64,000 nt of DNA from Gemmatimonadota bacterium. Lineage in GTDB: Bacteria; Gemmatimonadota; Gemmatimonadetes; Palauibacterales; KS3-K002. Below the pieces are notes generated by a model, which saw nothing but the letters and a program-made list of their open reading frames with translations, ran no database searches and was not told where the DNA came from. The DNA lies in the NCBI GenBank assembly GCA_039586795.1, contig JBDHJS010000004.1, positions 64,001 through 128,000 on the forward strand, read 5' to 3'. Position 1 is the first letter of the stretch. Each line of letters begins with the position of its first letter. Positions 30,782 through 39,110 of the stretch are shown one piece after another. The position numbers and the translations under genes are program-made.

Positions 30782-32392
30782 ATGACAGAGATACCTGAGG
30801 CCCTCAGAGCGGCCCTACCCAGGAGATACCAGCTGCAACGCGTCGTGGGGCGCGGCGGAATGGCCACGGTCTATATGGCGGACGACGTGCGCCACGACCG
30901 CCCCGTGGCGGTTAAGGTATTGCACCCTGAGCTCACGGCTTCGATCGCCGGTGGCCGGTTCCTGAAGGAGATCGGCTTCTCCGCCCAGCTCACCCATCCC
31001 CACGTGCTGACGCTCATCGACTCGGGAGACGCGGACGGTTTCCTCTACTACGTTATGCCATACGTGGACGACTCGCTGCGCGCGCTGTTGGAGCGAAAGG
31101 GGAACCTGGATCCGCGGAAGGTGCTGGAACTGTCCTGCGAGGTGGCGGATGCTCTCGGCTACGCGCACCGCAGCGGTATCGTGCACCGCGACATCAAGCC
31201 GGAGAACATCTTGCTGGCGGAGGGGCACGCGGTCGTTGCCGATTTCGGTGTCGCTAAGGCGATCAGCACGGCGGGCGGGGACCGTATGACACGCACGGGC
31301 TATCCCGTGGGGACGCTCGGCTACATGAGCCCGGAGCAGGCGGCGGGCCGATCCGACCTGAACGAACGGACGGACATTTACAGCCTGGCCTGCGTGGCAT
31401 ACGAGATGCTGATTGGTGAGCCGCCGGGTATGTGGGTCACGGAAGAGGCTGGGCGGTTGCAGCGCTTCATCGACGCGCCGCCACGGCAACGGCTAAAGCT
31501 GGATGCGCTGCCGGGCTTGCTGGAGAACGCTCTGGTGACCGCGATGCGGCTGCGACCGGAAGAGCGCTACATGACGGCCGGCGAGTTTGCGGAGGCGCTG
31601 GAGGCGGCGTTCAGCGCCAAGAAGAAGATCTACAACGAGCTGGAGGCACAACAGATCGTGCGGCGCGCCGCCGAACTGGAGGCGACGCAGGACCGCCACG
31701 CGGAGGCGGCGATGACGCTCGGCGGAGTCGAGCAGCTGGCTGCCGAGGTGGGGATCGCGCCGGAGTTGGTTCGCGATGCCGTGCGCCGAGAGGCTCCAGT
31801 CCCGCTGGTCGAGTTGCAGCCTACCGATCCGAAAGAAGGAATAGAGAAGGGCGGCTTCTTCGGGTTCACCGGCAAAGTGGAGATGGAACGCACCGTCGAG
31901 GGCGACCCGTCCAGCGAAGTCTACGCGCTCCTCCTCGAGGAGATCCGCGATACCGTAGGCGAATCCGGGCATCTCAACGAGACGATGAGCCGGTCTCTGT
32001 CTTGGGAGTACAAGCGCTGGCTGACCAAGGCGTCTCCCCAGACGAGGATCCACGTCAGCCCACGACGGGAGAAGACTCGGATCAAGATCACCGAGTTCCC
32101 CAGCCTCGACCGCAGGTTGCTGGGCACGACAGCGATCGTCGGCGGTAGTTTTATTGCACTGATGTTCATGGCTGGGTTCGAAGGGGAAGGTGCCGGCGTC
32201 TTCTTGGGTTTCACTTCCTTGGGCGCGACCTACTGGGGGTGCCGAGCCTGGTTTCGATCCCGGGTCAAGCGCCGGTCCAGGGCGGTCGCCAATCTCCTCG
32301 ATCGGCTCGCCGACATCGTTCGTGACTTCGGACCCCCGGCTTTGCCCAGATCCAGCACGACAACCGATCCGAACCAAGAGAGGAGAAGATGA
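30782..32392 (+). CDS. Hanks-type Ser/Thr protein kinase, tandem paralog (copy 2)
   Basis: Same catalytic motifs and domain architecture as copy 1. Confidence 0.93.
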   Translation: MTEIPEALRAALPRRYQLQRVVGRGGMATVYMADDVRHDRPVAVKVLHPELTASIAGGRFLKEIGFSAQLTHPHVLTLIDSGDADGFLYYVMPYVDDSLRALLERKGNLDPRKVLELSCEVADALGYAHRSGIVHRDIKPENILLAEGHAVVADFGVAKAISTAGGDRMTRTGYPVGTLGYMSPEQAAGRSDLNERTDIYSLACVAYEMLIGEPPGMWVTEEAGRLQRFIDAPPRQRLKLDALPGLLENALVTAMRLRPEERYMTAGEFAEALEAAFSAKKKIYNELEAQQIVRRAAELEATQDRHAEAAMTLGGVEQLAAEVGIAPELVRDAVRREAPVPLVELQPTDPKEGIEKGGFFGFTGKVEMERTVEGDPSSEVYALLLEEIRDTVGESGHLNETMSRSLSWEYKRWLTKASPQTRIHVSPRREKTRIKITEFPSLDRRLLGTTAIVGGSFIALMFMAGFEGEGAGVFLGFTSLGATYWGCRAWFRSRVKRRSRAVANLLDRLADIVRDFGPPALPRSSTTTDPNQERRR

Positions 32393-32703
32393 AGCAGGAG
32401 TCGCTGCAGCTCAGCGAGACAGAGCTATTCCTCGTTCAGCGCAGCTCCGATCTGGATATCTCCAGGCGCAGGCTGCGTGTCGTGATCATCAGTGGCGTGC
32501 TGCTCATCGCCGCGCTCATCGTTGTTGCCCCCCTCGTTCAATCGTGGCAGTTCCTGCTCTTCTTCGCGGTCGCTTACATCGCGATGTCGGTTTGGGAGCG
32601 CGTGGGCTACGCGCGTACTATTCTGGCCTACAAGGGTCTCATTCAGAAACTCTCCAAACGCATTGACGACCTGGAGGGCGGTGACGAAATCCTCAACACC
32701 TAA
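32389..32703 (+). CDS. Small hypothetical membrane protein (2 TM)
   Basis: SD GAGGAG; ATGA overlap with kinase 2; two hydrophobic segments. Confidence 0.72.
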   Translation: MKQESLQLSETELFLVQRSSDLDISRRRLRVVIISGVLLIAALIVVAPLVQSWQFLLFFAVAYIAMSVWERVGYARTILAYKGLIQKLSKRIDDLEGGDEILNT

Positions 32704-32765
32704 TCCTCAACGCCCAATGGTCATGTGTGAGGGCATTGAGGATTGGGTGTTAGGTGTTGAGGATT
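32688..32765. repeat. Inverted heptamer-repeat hairpin (AATCCTC/AACACCT vs GAGGATT/AGGTGTT)
   Basis: Four left units pair with five right units, one unit bulged. Confidence 0.85.
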
Positions 32766-32778
32766 CGTCAGCGACGTC

Positions 32779-32808
32779 TTGACACGATACCGGGACCCCT
32801 CATACAAT
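32779..32808 (+). promoter_or_regulatory. Sigma70-type promoter
   Basis: TTGACA-18 nt-TACAAT. Confidence 0.7.
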
Positions 32809-32935
32809 TAGGGCCCTTTTAGCGAAAGATCTTTCGGGCTCTGTCGCTGGGCCAGCTTGGGGGAGACTGCCGGCGTGGGGCCGTCGTGTGATGAAGCCGG
32901 GCGCGTAGTGTGACCGGCAAAGCCGTAGCTTAGAG

Positions 32936-33085
32936 ATGAAAAAAAGTAACCTACCTAACGAACAATCAATTGTCCAGGCAAAGCGGAGAGGCCATCGCGG
33001 CTGGCTGCTGGGTGCATACACTTTCCTCTTTCTCTGGGGTATGGCCTTCTTGGTCCTGTATTTCACGGACCGACTTCCAATCTAG
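32936..33085 (+). CDS. Small single-TM protein, 49 aa (below the ORF-track cutoff)
   Basis: MKKSNLPNEQSIVQAKRRGHRGWLLGAYTFLFLWGMAFLVLYFTDRLPI; lies downstream of the promoter; weak SD. Confidence 0.55.
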   Translation: MKKSNLPNEQSIVQAKRRGHRGWLLGAYTFLFLWGMAFLVLYFTDRLPI

Positions 33086-33124
33086 ATAGGGCGCCGTGTC
33101 AGGCGTGATCTCTCGGGAGGAATT

Positions 33125-33634
33125 GTGGACACTACGTTGATCATCGTGGCTGTCGTCGCGGTGGCAATCGTCGCGGTGGCAGTCATACTGCGGCTGCGTG
33201 GGTCGTCAGGAGGGGCGGAGGAGCCGGCGGCGATAGCAGAGGCGCCAGCCGAGCCAGAGGTCGTGCCGGCCGAGAAGGAGCCCGAGCCGGCCATGGCACC
33301 TAAGGCGGCCGAAGAGCCCGCGCCCGTTGCTGAGGCGGTAGCGCCGGCGCCCGCGGAGCCGAAGAAGCCCAAGCCGACAGACGACGAGCTCAAGTCGCGG
33401 GTACAGGCGAGCCTCAGCGAATCGAAGGCCCTGCTGGACGAGCTTCAGGGTCGAGTCTCGGAAGCGGAGGGCGTGGCCCAGCAGGTAGGTCCCGGGACGC
33501 TGGAGATCATGGCGGAGGGTCTGGCGGAGGTGCAGGGGCTGGCGGACAAGAAGCAATGGGGGCAGGCAAAGGACAAGGCGGACGCCCTCAGCGCGCAGCT
33601 GAAGCTGCTATTGCAGATGTCTCGAAGCGATTAG
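33125..33634 (+). CDS. Hypothetical membrane-anchored protein (N-terminal TM, Pro/Ala/Glu linker, helical C-domain)
   Basis: SD GGGAGG before GTG; coherent domain layout. Confidence 0.78.
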   Translation: MDTTLIIVAVVAVAIVAVAVILRLRGSSGGAEEPAAIAEAPAEPEVVPAEKEPEPAMAPKAAEEPAPVAEAVAPAPAEPKKPKPTDDELKSRVQASLSESKALLDELQGRVSEAEGVAQQVGPGTLEIMAEGLAEVQGLADKKQWGQAKDKADALSAQLKLLLQMSRSD

Positions 33635-33760
33635 CCTCCTCGATCTAGCCAATCAGCGGTTGCCCGCCGATATTTCGGGTGTTCTGCGGGTCGCAGCGCG
33701 CTTGCGCGACCCTGTCGCCAGGCCGAGAAACCCACAACCACTCCGACTCGTAGTTGATAC

Positions 33761-34054
33761 GTGATGGCGGTACTTTACCTGCTGGTCCTCGTGTTTCTGG
33801 TCAAGATCGTGATGATCGACTCGCCGGTGGGTAAGGCGTTGGGCGATGCGATTCGGAACCTGACGCCGCAAAAGGCGCCCCAGGGTGCGGTCTCACAGGC
33901 CGAGGTGGAGCTTCTGCGACGGGATGTGGAGGATTTGAAGGATCGCGTGGATCGGGTGGTGGAGGAGCAGGCGTTTCTGACCCAGCTTCTGTCGCAACCC
34001 GAGCGCCGCAGTCTCGGGCCGGGCAACATGAACGACCAGGATATTCCAACTTAG
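33761..34054 (+). CDS. Small TM plus coiled-coil protein at the head of the pspA operon
   Basis: N-terminal hydrophobic helix, SPVGKALG, heptad-patterned C-terminus. Confidence 0.72.
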   Translation: MMAVLYLLVLVFLVKIVMIDSPVGKALGDAIRNLTPQKAPQGAVSQAEVELLRRDVEDLKDRVDRVVEEQAFLTQLLSQPERRSLGPGNMNDQDIPT

Positions 34055-34066
34055 GCGGAGGCCGGG

Positions 34067-34456
34067 ATGGTCACGCGCGAAGACGTTGAAGGTTACCTGC
34101 TCCGGATGGAGCTACCGTATCAGGAGTTGGAGGAGGGGCTCTGGGTTATCGGCGATAGCCAGGATGCAGCTCCTGTGTTTGTCAACTACGCTCCGCCCTT
34201 GCTGCTGGTTCGGGTGGAGGTGATGAACGTGCCGGGCGATGAAGATCTCCGGAAGGGGCTGTTCCGTGAGCTTTTGGAACTCAACGCGACGGAGCTGGTT
34301 CATGGAGCCTACGGTCTGGATGGTGAAGAAATAGTGCTGATCGACACGCTGCAGCTCGGAGATCTTGATTTCAGCGAGTTGCAGGCGTCGCTGGAGAGCA
34401 TATTGTTAGCCTTGCGGTCGCACTACGAGACGTTGGCACACTACAGGACTCCATAG
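34067..34456 (+). CDS. YbjN / CesT type III chaperone-fold protein
   Basis: Acidic 129 aa protein, LFRELLELNA..LVHGAYGL; SD GGAGG. Confidence 0.8.
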   Translation: MVTREDVEGYLLRMELPYQELEEGLWVIGDSQDAAPVFVNYAPPLLLVRVEVMNVPGDEDLRKGLFRELLELNATELVHGAYGLDGEEIVLIDTLQLGDLDFSELQASLESILLALRSHYETLAHYRTP

Positions 34457-34472
34457 GGAGAGTAAGGCCGAC

Positions 34473-35261
34473 ATGAGTATATTTAGCAGGTTGTCGACGA
34501 TGGTTCGGTCGAACCTGAACGACCTCATCGCTCGGGCGGAAAATCCCGAAAAGATGCTGAACCAGATCATCGATGATATGCGATCGCAGCTGGCCCAGGC
34601 GAAGCAGGAGGTCGCGGTCGCCATCGCGGACGAGCGAAAGCTGCGTCGGCAGGTTCAGGACGAGCGCGATCAGACTGCCGATTGGGAGCGGCGTGCCAAG
34701 CTGGCACTGCGCGAGGGCCGTGATGACCTGGCCCGCCAGGCGCTTCTCAGAAGCCAGGAGCACGGTGAGCACTCGGGCGGGCTGGAGGATCAGTGGCGGG
34801 CTCATGCCTCGGAGACCGAGAAGCTGAAGGACACGCTACGTCAGCTCAGTAGCAAGATCGAAGAGGCGAAGCGGAAACGAAACCTGCTGATTGCCCGGCA
34901 GAAGAGGGCTCACGCCCAGCGCAGAATCCACGAGACGATGAGCGGTCTTGCCGATCGCAGCGCCTTCGAGGCGTTCGACCGCATGGCGGAACGCATCGAG
35001 GAGACGGAGATGCGTGCTCTGGCAGCGGCGGAGGTGGACGAAGAACTGGGCGGCGACGACTTGGATCGTGAGTTCAAGCGACTTGAGGGCGGCGACGTCG
35101 ATGTGGAACGCAAGCTCGAGGCGCTGAAAGAAGAGATGGGTCTGCTGCCTGCTGCGGCTGGCGAAGAGGATCACGGTCCGGACATCGTTCGCGAGGCAGA
35201 GATCATAGAGGAAGAGGAAGTAGAAGAGGAAGCCGGCACCGAGGAGAACAAAGCTGGCTGA
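34473..35261 (+). CDS. pspA: PspA/IM30 family protein
   Basis: MSIFSRL...NLNDLI.RAENPEKMLNQ, long coiled coil, AFEAFDRMAERI. Confidence 0.93.
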   Translation: MSIFSRLSTMVRSNLNDLIARAENPEKMLNQIIDDMRSQLAQAKQEVAVAIADERKLRRQVQDERDQTADWERRAKLALREGRDDLARQALLRSQEHGEHSGGLEDQWRAHASETEKLKDTLRQLSSKIEEAKRKRNLLIARQKRAHAQRRIHETMSGLADRSAFEAFDRMAERIEETEMRALAAAEVDEELGGDDLDREFKRLEGGDVDVERKLEALKEEMGLLPAAAGEEDHGPDIVREAEIIEEEEVEEEAGTEENKAG

Positions 35262-36432
35262 TTCGAATACTGGAGTAACGGCCCGTCAGCTCTACGGGAT
35301 TCTAGCGGCAGCCGTATTTGTCTGGCTGCTGTTGGCCTTCGTCTACAGCGTCGCCGAGATCCTGCTGTTGGTCTTCGTCGCGGCGCTGTTTGGCGTTTAC
35401 CTGGCCAGCTTCACGGAGTTCTTCTCACGCCGTCTGGGCGTCGGGCGCGGCATCGGCCTGATCATGGCCCTTGTGGGCACCCTAGTAATAATTGGCGTGG
35501 TCGGTGGCCTGATCGTGCCACCGGTAGTGACCCAGTTCCAGCAGTTGGTTGTCGATCTTCCGGAACAGGTAGCGGCGGCGGAGACCGAGATCACGAGGCT
35601 CGCCCAGGAGAACCATCTGGTCGGCCGACTGATTGGCGGAACAGGTGAGGGGAGCGCCGCGTTCTTCGACCGATTGTTCCAACAGGCGAGCGATTTCTTC
35701 GGCGATGTCGTGCCGTACGTGTTCTCAGGGATCGGCGTCCTGATCCATGTCGTGTCCGTCTTGATCATGGGCATCTACATGGCACTCAAGCCATCGATCT
35801 ACAAAGAAGGCATGATCGCGCTGACGCCGCCGGCCTATCGGGAACTCGCCCGTGACATCCTGGCGGACCTGGGGCACACGATCCGTTCGTGGCTCGTCGG
35901 CCTCGGCATATCGATGGTGGTGCTCGGGTTCTTCACCTGGGTCGGACTCGTCCTCCTCGACGTCCCGTATTCTCTAGCGTTCGGCGTCTTCACCGGGCTG
36001 GCCGTAATCGTCCCCTTCTTCGGTACGATCGTGTCGACGTTGCTGCCGGCGCTCTTTGTGATCGGTACCGGCGGTATCACCAAGGCGTTGCTCGTCATCC
36101 TCTTGGGTGTGGTGGTTCACATATTCGAGGCCAATGTCGTCGCCCCGATGGTGTTCGAAAAGCAGATCGAGCTGCCGCCCGTTCTTACGATTCTCTCGGT
36201 GCTGATCATGGCGAAGCTGCTGGGCGTGGTGGGACTGCTGGTGGCGGTTCCGGTGCTGGCAAGCGCCATGGTGCTTATTCGCCGCATCTTCGTGCACCGC
36301 GTACTGGAAGGGAAGGGTTTCCACCGCATCGAAAGAGACGCTCCTGCGATCATCAGCCTGCCAACGGGCGACGGGGTGCTGGTGCACCCATCTGCCTCGG
36401 AATCGAGCATTCCGGCGTTGCTGGAAGGGTGA
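35254..36432 (+). CDS. AI-2E family (PerM-like) transporter (CTG start 35254 proposed; first canonical start is TTG 35332)
   Basis: Multi-TM protein; IVPFFG, EANVVAP, GVVGLLVAVP motifs. Confidence 0.88.
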   Translation: MADSNTGVTARQLYGILAAAVFVWLLLAFVYSVAEILLLVFVAALFGVYLASFTEFFSRRLGVGRGIGLIMALVGTLVIIGVVGGLIVPPVVTQFQQLVVDLPEQVAAAETEITRLAQENHLVGRLIGGTGEGSAAFFDRLFQQASDFFGDVVPYVFSGIGVLIHVVSVLIMGIYMALKPSIYKEGMIALTPPAYRELARDILADLGHTIRSWLVGLGISMVVLGFFTWVGLVLLDVPYSLAFGVFTGLAVIVPFFGTIVSTLLPALFVIGTGGITKALLVILLGVVVHIFEANVVAPMVFEKQIELPPVLTILSVLIMAKLLGVVGLLVAVPVLASAMVLIRRIFVHRVLEGKGFHRIERDAPAIISLPTGDGVLVHPSASESSIPALLEG

Positions 36433-36528
36433 CTTGCGGTAGACGATAGACGGTCAACGTGGACGGTAGTACACCTGGCCCGCGGCGCTTACGTGCGCAA
36501 GCGGGCCGATTGCTTATCTTCACTCACT

Positions 36529-37575
36529 ATGTCCAGGCGTTTCTTGGTCTTCACCGATGGGTTGCTCCCCGACGAGGATGCGAAGACGGGCGTAGCAGCA
36601 ATTCGGTACTTGCCGAAACAAGTCGTCGCGGTGATCGACCCGCCGACGGCCGACGCCACGGTGGAGCAGGTGCTGGGTTTCGGTGGTTCGATCCCGATCG
36701 TCGCGGATCTTGCACAGGGATTGCGATACGAACCCGATGCTCTGCTCATCGGCGTTGCACCTGCGGGTGGCCGGTTGTCGGGTAGGTGGCGACAAACATT
36801 CATCCAGGCGTTGGGCGCCGGCCTCGAGCTCTGGAGCGGACTGCACGATCCACTTACCGCGGACCCGGAGATCGCGGCTGCGGTTGGTTCCAAGAAATTG
36901 GTTCACGAGCTTCGTCGCGTTCCGGACGATCTTCCGGTCGCAACGGGAGCGGCTGCCGGCGTAGAGGCTAAAATCGTTCTCACCGTGGGGACCGACTGCG
37001 CGGTGGGCAAGCTAACCACCGCTGTGGAGCTCGTCAGTGAACTTGAACGGCAGGGCGTTTCCGCGACTCTGGTGCCGACGGGGCAAACCGGGATTCTATT
37101 GGCCGGTTGGGGTATCGCCGTCGATGCGGTGAAGAGTGATTTTGTGGCGGGCGCGGCGGAGTCTCTGGTGCTGCAGGGTGATCAGAGGTCATCCGAAGTC
37201 CTCGTTGTGGAAGGCCAGGGCGCGCTCACGCATCCGGGATATTCGGGCGTCACGTTGGGTCTGTTGCATGGGGCGATGCCCAACGGCATGATCCTCTGTC
37301 ACGAAGCCGGGCGCCGGCGACATAGCGGAGATGAATACGGCTGGACGGAGTTGCCCGACCTAGATCGGGTCGTCCAGATATACGAGGAGGCCGCGGCCTG
37401 GTTGCGGCCCGCGAGAGTGCTGGCGGTGGCGCTTGATACTCACCGCCTGAACGAGCAAGAGGCGAGCGGTGCTATAGAGGGTGCGGCGGCTGCGACTGGA
37501 CTTCCCACGACGGATCCGGTGCGCTACGGAGCGGCACCGCTTGTCGCGGCGGTTAGGGAGGCGCTGATCGGATGA
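36529..37575 (+). CDS. DUF1611 family P-loop protein (DgcN-like)
   Basis: AKTG, SGLH, VGTDCAVGK, TGQTG, DFVAGAAE, VEGQG, LLHG. Confidence 0.88.
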   Translation: MSRRFLVFTDGLLPDEDAKTGVAAIRYLPKQVVAVIDPPTADATVEQVLGFGGSIPIVADLAQGLRYEPDALLIGVAPAGGRLSGRWRQTFIQALGAGLELWSGLHDPLTADPEIAAAVGSKKLVHELRRVPDDLPVATGAAAGVEAKIVLTVGTDCAVGKLTTAVELVSELERQGVSATLVPTGQTGILLAGWGIAVDAVKSDFVAGAAESLVLQGDQRSSEVLVVEGQGALTHPGYSGVTLGLLHGAMPNGMILCHEAGRRRHSGDEYGWTELPDLDRVVQIYEEAAAWLRPARVLAVALDTHRLNEQEASGAIEGAAAATGLPTTDPVRYGAAPLVAAVREALIG

Positions 37576-37952
37576 TTGTCGGAATCGGAGTTGACCTTGT
37601 AGCCATAGAGCGCATGCGGGCGCTGGTTCGGCGCCACGGCGACCGTGTGCGGCACAAGCTGTTCACGGTTCGGGAGTTGGAGGAGTGTGATCAGAGAGCC
37701 GACCCGGGAGAATGTCTGGCAGCGCGTTTCGCGGCCAAAGAGGCGACGCTGAAAGCGATCGGAACCGGAAAGATGCCGGACACCCGCTGGACCGACATCG
37801 AGGTTGTGCGTAATGATGACGGGAGGCCGGAACTCGTTCTATCGGGGCGTGTCAGAGCGCTGGCCGATCAGTTGGGGGTTGGGCGAGCGCTGGTGAGCCT
37901 TTCGCACGAGAGGGAGATGGCGGCGGCGTTCGTGGTGTTGGAGACGGGGTAG
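37572..37952 (+). CDS. acpS: Holo-ACP synthase
   Basis: GIGVDLV, ARFAAKEA, SLSHE. Confidence 0.95.
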   Translation: MIVGIGVDLVAIERMRALVRRHGDRVRHKLFTVRELEECDQRADPGECLAARFAAKEATLKAIGTGKMPDTRWTDIEVVRNDDGRPELVLSGRVRALADQLGVGRALVSLSHEREMAAAFVVLETG

Positions 37953-37982
37953 TGTTCAATCATAGAAGATTACCACCTGATA

Positions 37983-38717
37983 TTACCCCCGCAGCACCTT
38001 TCCGCCATCAACCGTGATCGTCTCACCCGTGATGTAATCCGATTCAATCAAGAACCGAACAGCTCGCACAACGTCCTCCGGCGCGCCAAGCCGACCTAGC
38101 GCCGTCATGTCAGCCAGCCTGTCGCGCTCTCCAGAATCGGTGCCGTCGGGTGGCAACACCGGCCCGGGCGCCACGGCGTTGACCCGGATCTCTGGTGCCA
38201 GGGCGCGGGCCAGAACCCGAGTCAGCATGACCAAACCCGCCTTCGAGACGGAGTGGGTCGCGTAGGCCGGCCACGGCTGAAAAGCTGCGACATCGGCCAG
38301 GTTCACGATGCAGCCACCTCCGGCGCGAGCCATCGCCTTCGCCGCCTGCTGACCGCAGAAGAAAGCGGCCCGCAAGTTCAGATTGAGGACCTGGTCCCAA
38401 TCCTCGGGTGTGATCTCCAGTATCGGCTTGCGTTCAAACGTGGCAGCGCTGTTCACGAGCACGTCCAGCCGGCCGAAGGCCGCCTCGATGTCCGAGAATA
38501 GATGCGGGATGCTCTCCGTATCACGAAGGTCGGCGGCGAAGACCTCCGCTCGCGCGCCCAGTTCACGCAATTCGTCCGCAGTGCCCTGCGCGGCTTCCGC
38601 CGACTCGAAGTGGTGAACGGCGACGTGCGCGCCCGATCTGGCCAGGCCGATCGCTATCTCGCGCCCCAGGCGGCGTGCGGAGCCTGTGACGAGGGCTACC
38701 CGTTCGTGAAGGTCCAT
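37983..38717 (-). CDS. Pteridine reductase/FolM-like short-chain dehydrogenase
   Basis: TGSARRLG, LVNSA, RVNAVAPG, ITGETITVDGG. Confidence 0.88.
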   Translation of the reverse strand: MDLHERVALVTGSARRLGREIAIGLARSGAHVAVHHFESAEAAQGTADELRELGARAEVFAADLRDTESIPHLFSDIEAAFGRLDVLVNSAATFERKPILEITPEDWDQVLNLNLRAAFFCGQQAAKAMARAGGGCIVNLADVAAFQPWPAYATHSVSKAGLVMLTRVLARALAPEIRVNAVAPGPVLPPDGTDSGERDRLADMTALGRLGAPEDVVRAVRFLIESDYITGETITVDGGKVLRG

Positions 38718-38795
38718 TCGGTCCCCATGCGTGTATCGTGTGGCGGTGGCGGTCAAATTAGCCGGCTGAACCACGGCTTGCCAGCACCAGACCCG

Positions 38796-39047
38796 GGCAT
38801 AGATCCAGGTGCGGCGGAGTTCGCTCTCCGGCGCGGCCTCGTGGAACGCAACGGAGATGACATCGACTCTGAACTAACCGGGGCGGACGTGACCGTCGTG
38901 GCTACTCCGGTGCAAGAGATCACCAGCCTACTGGCGCGGGTCGGCAACCGCCTCAAACCGGGGTGTGTCATCACCGATGTGGGAAGCACGAAACGGACGA
39001 TCGTGGACGCGAGGAGTGGTCTTCCGAAGTCCGTTCGTGGGGTCGGT
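38796..39047 (+). pseudogene. Prephenate/arogenate dehydrogenase (TyrA) internal fragment
   Basis: ADVTVVATPV and ITDVGSTK motifs present. The N-terminal GxGxxG, the GHPMAG motif and the C-domain are missing. Confidence 0.65.
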
Positions 39048-39110
39048 GACCGTGGCATCTCGACGTCGGCTGTTCGACAATCGTCGCTTGCCGAGATAGA
39101 ATACGCGGTG

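Noticed and set aside
29142..32392. Diversity-generating retroelement template/variable repeat
   Set aside because: No reverse transcriptase is present, differences are not adenine-specific, and this looks like ordinary paralogy.
32815..32935. c-di-GMP-I riboswitch (GGCAAAGCC...CTTAG resemblance)
   Set aside because: The GNRA-capped P2 stem and the closing P3/P1 strands cannot be identified.
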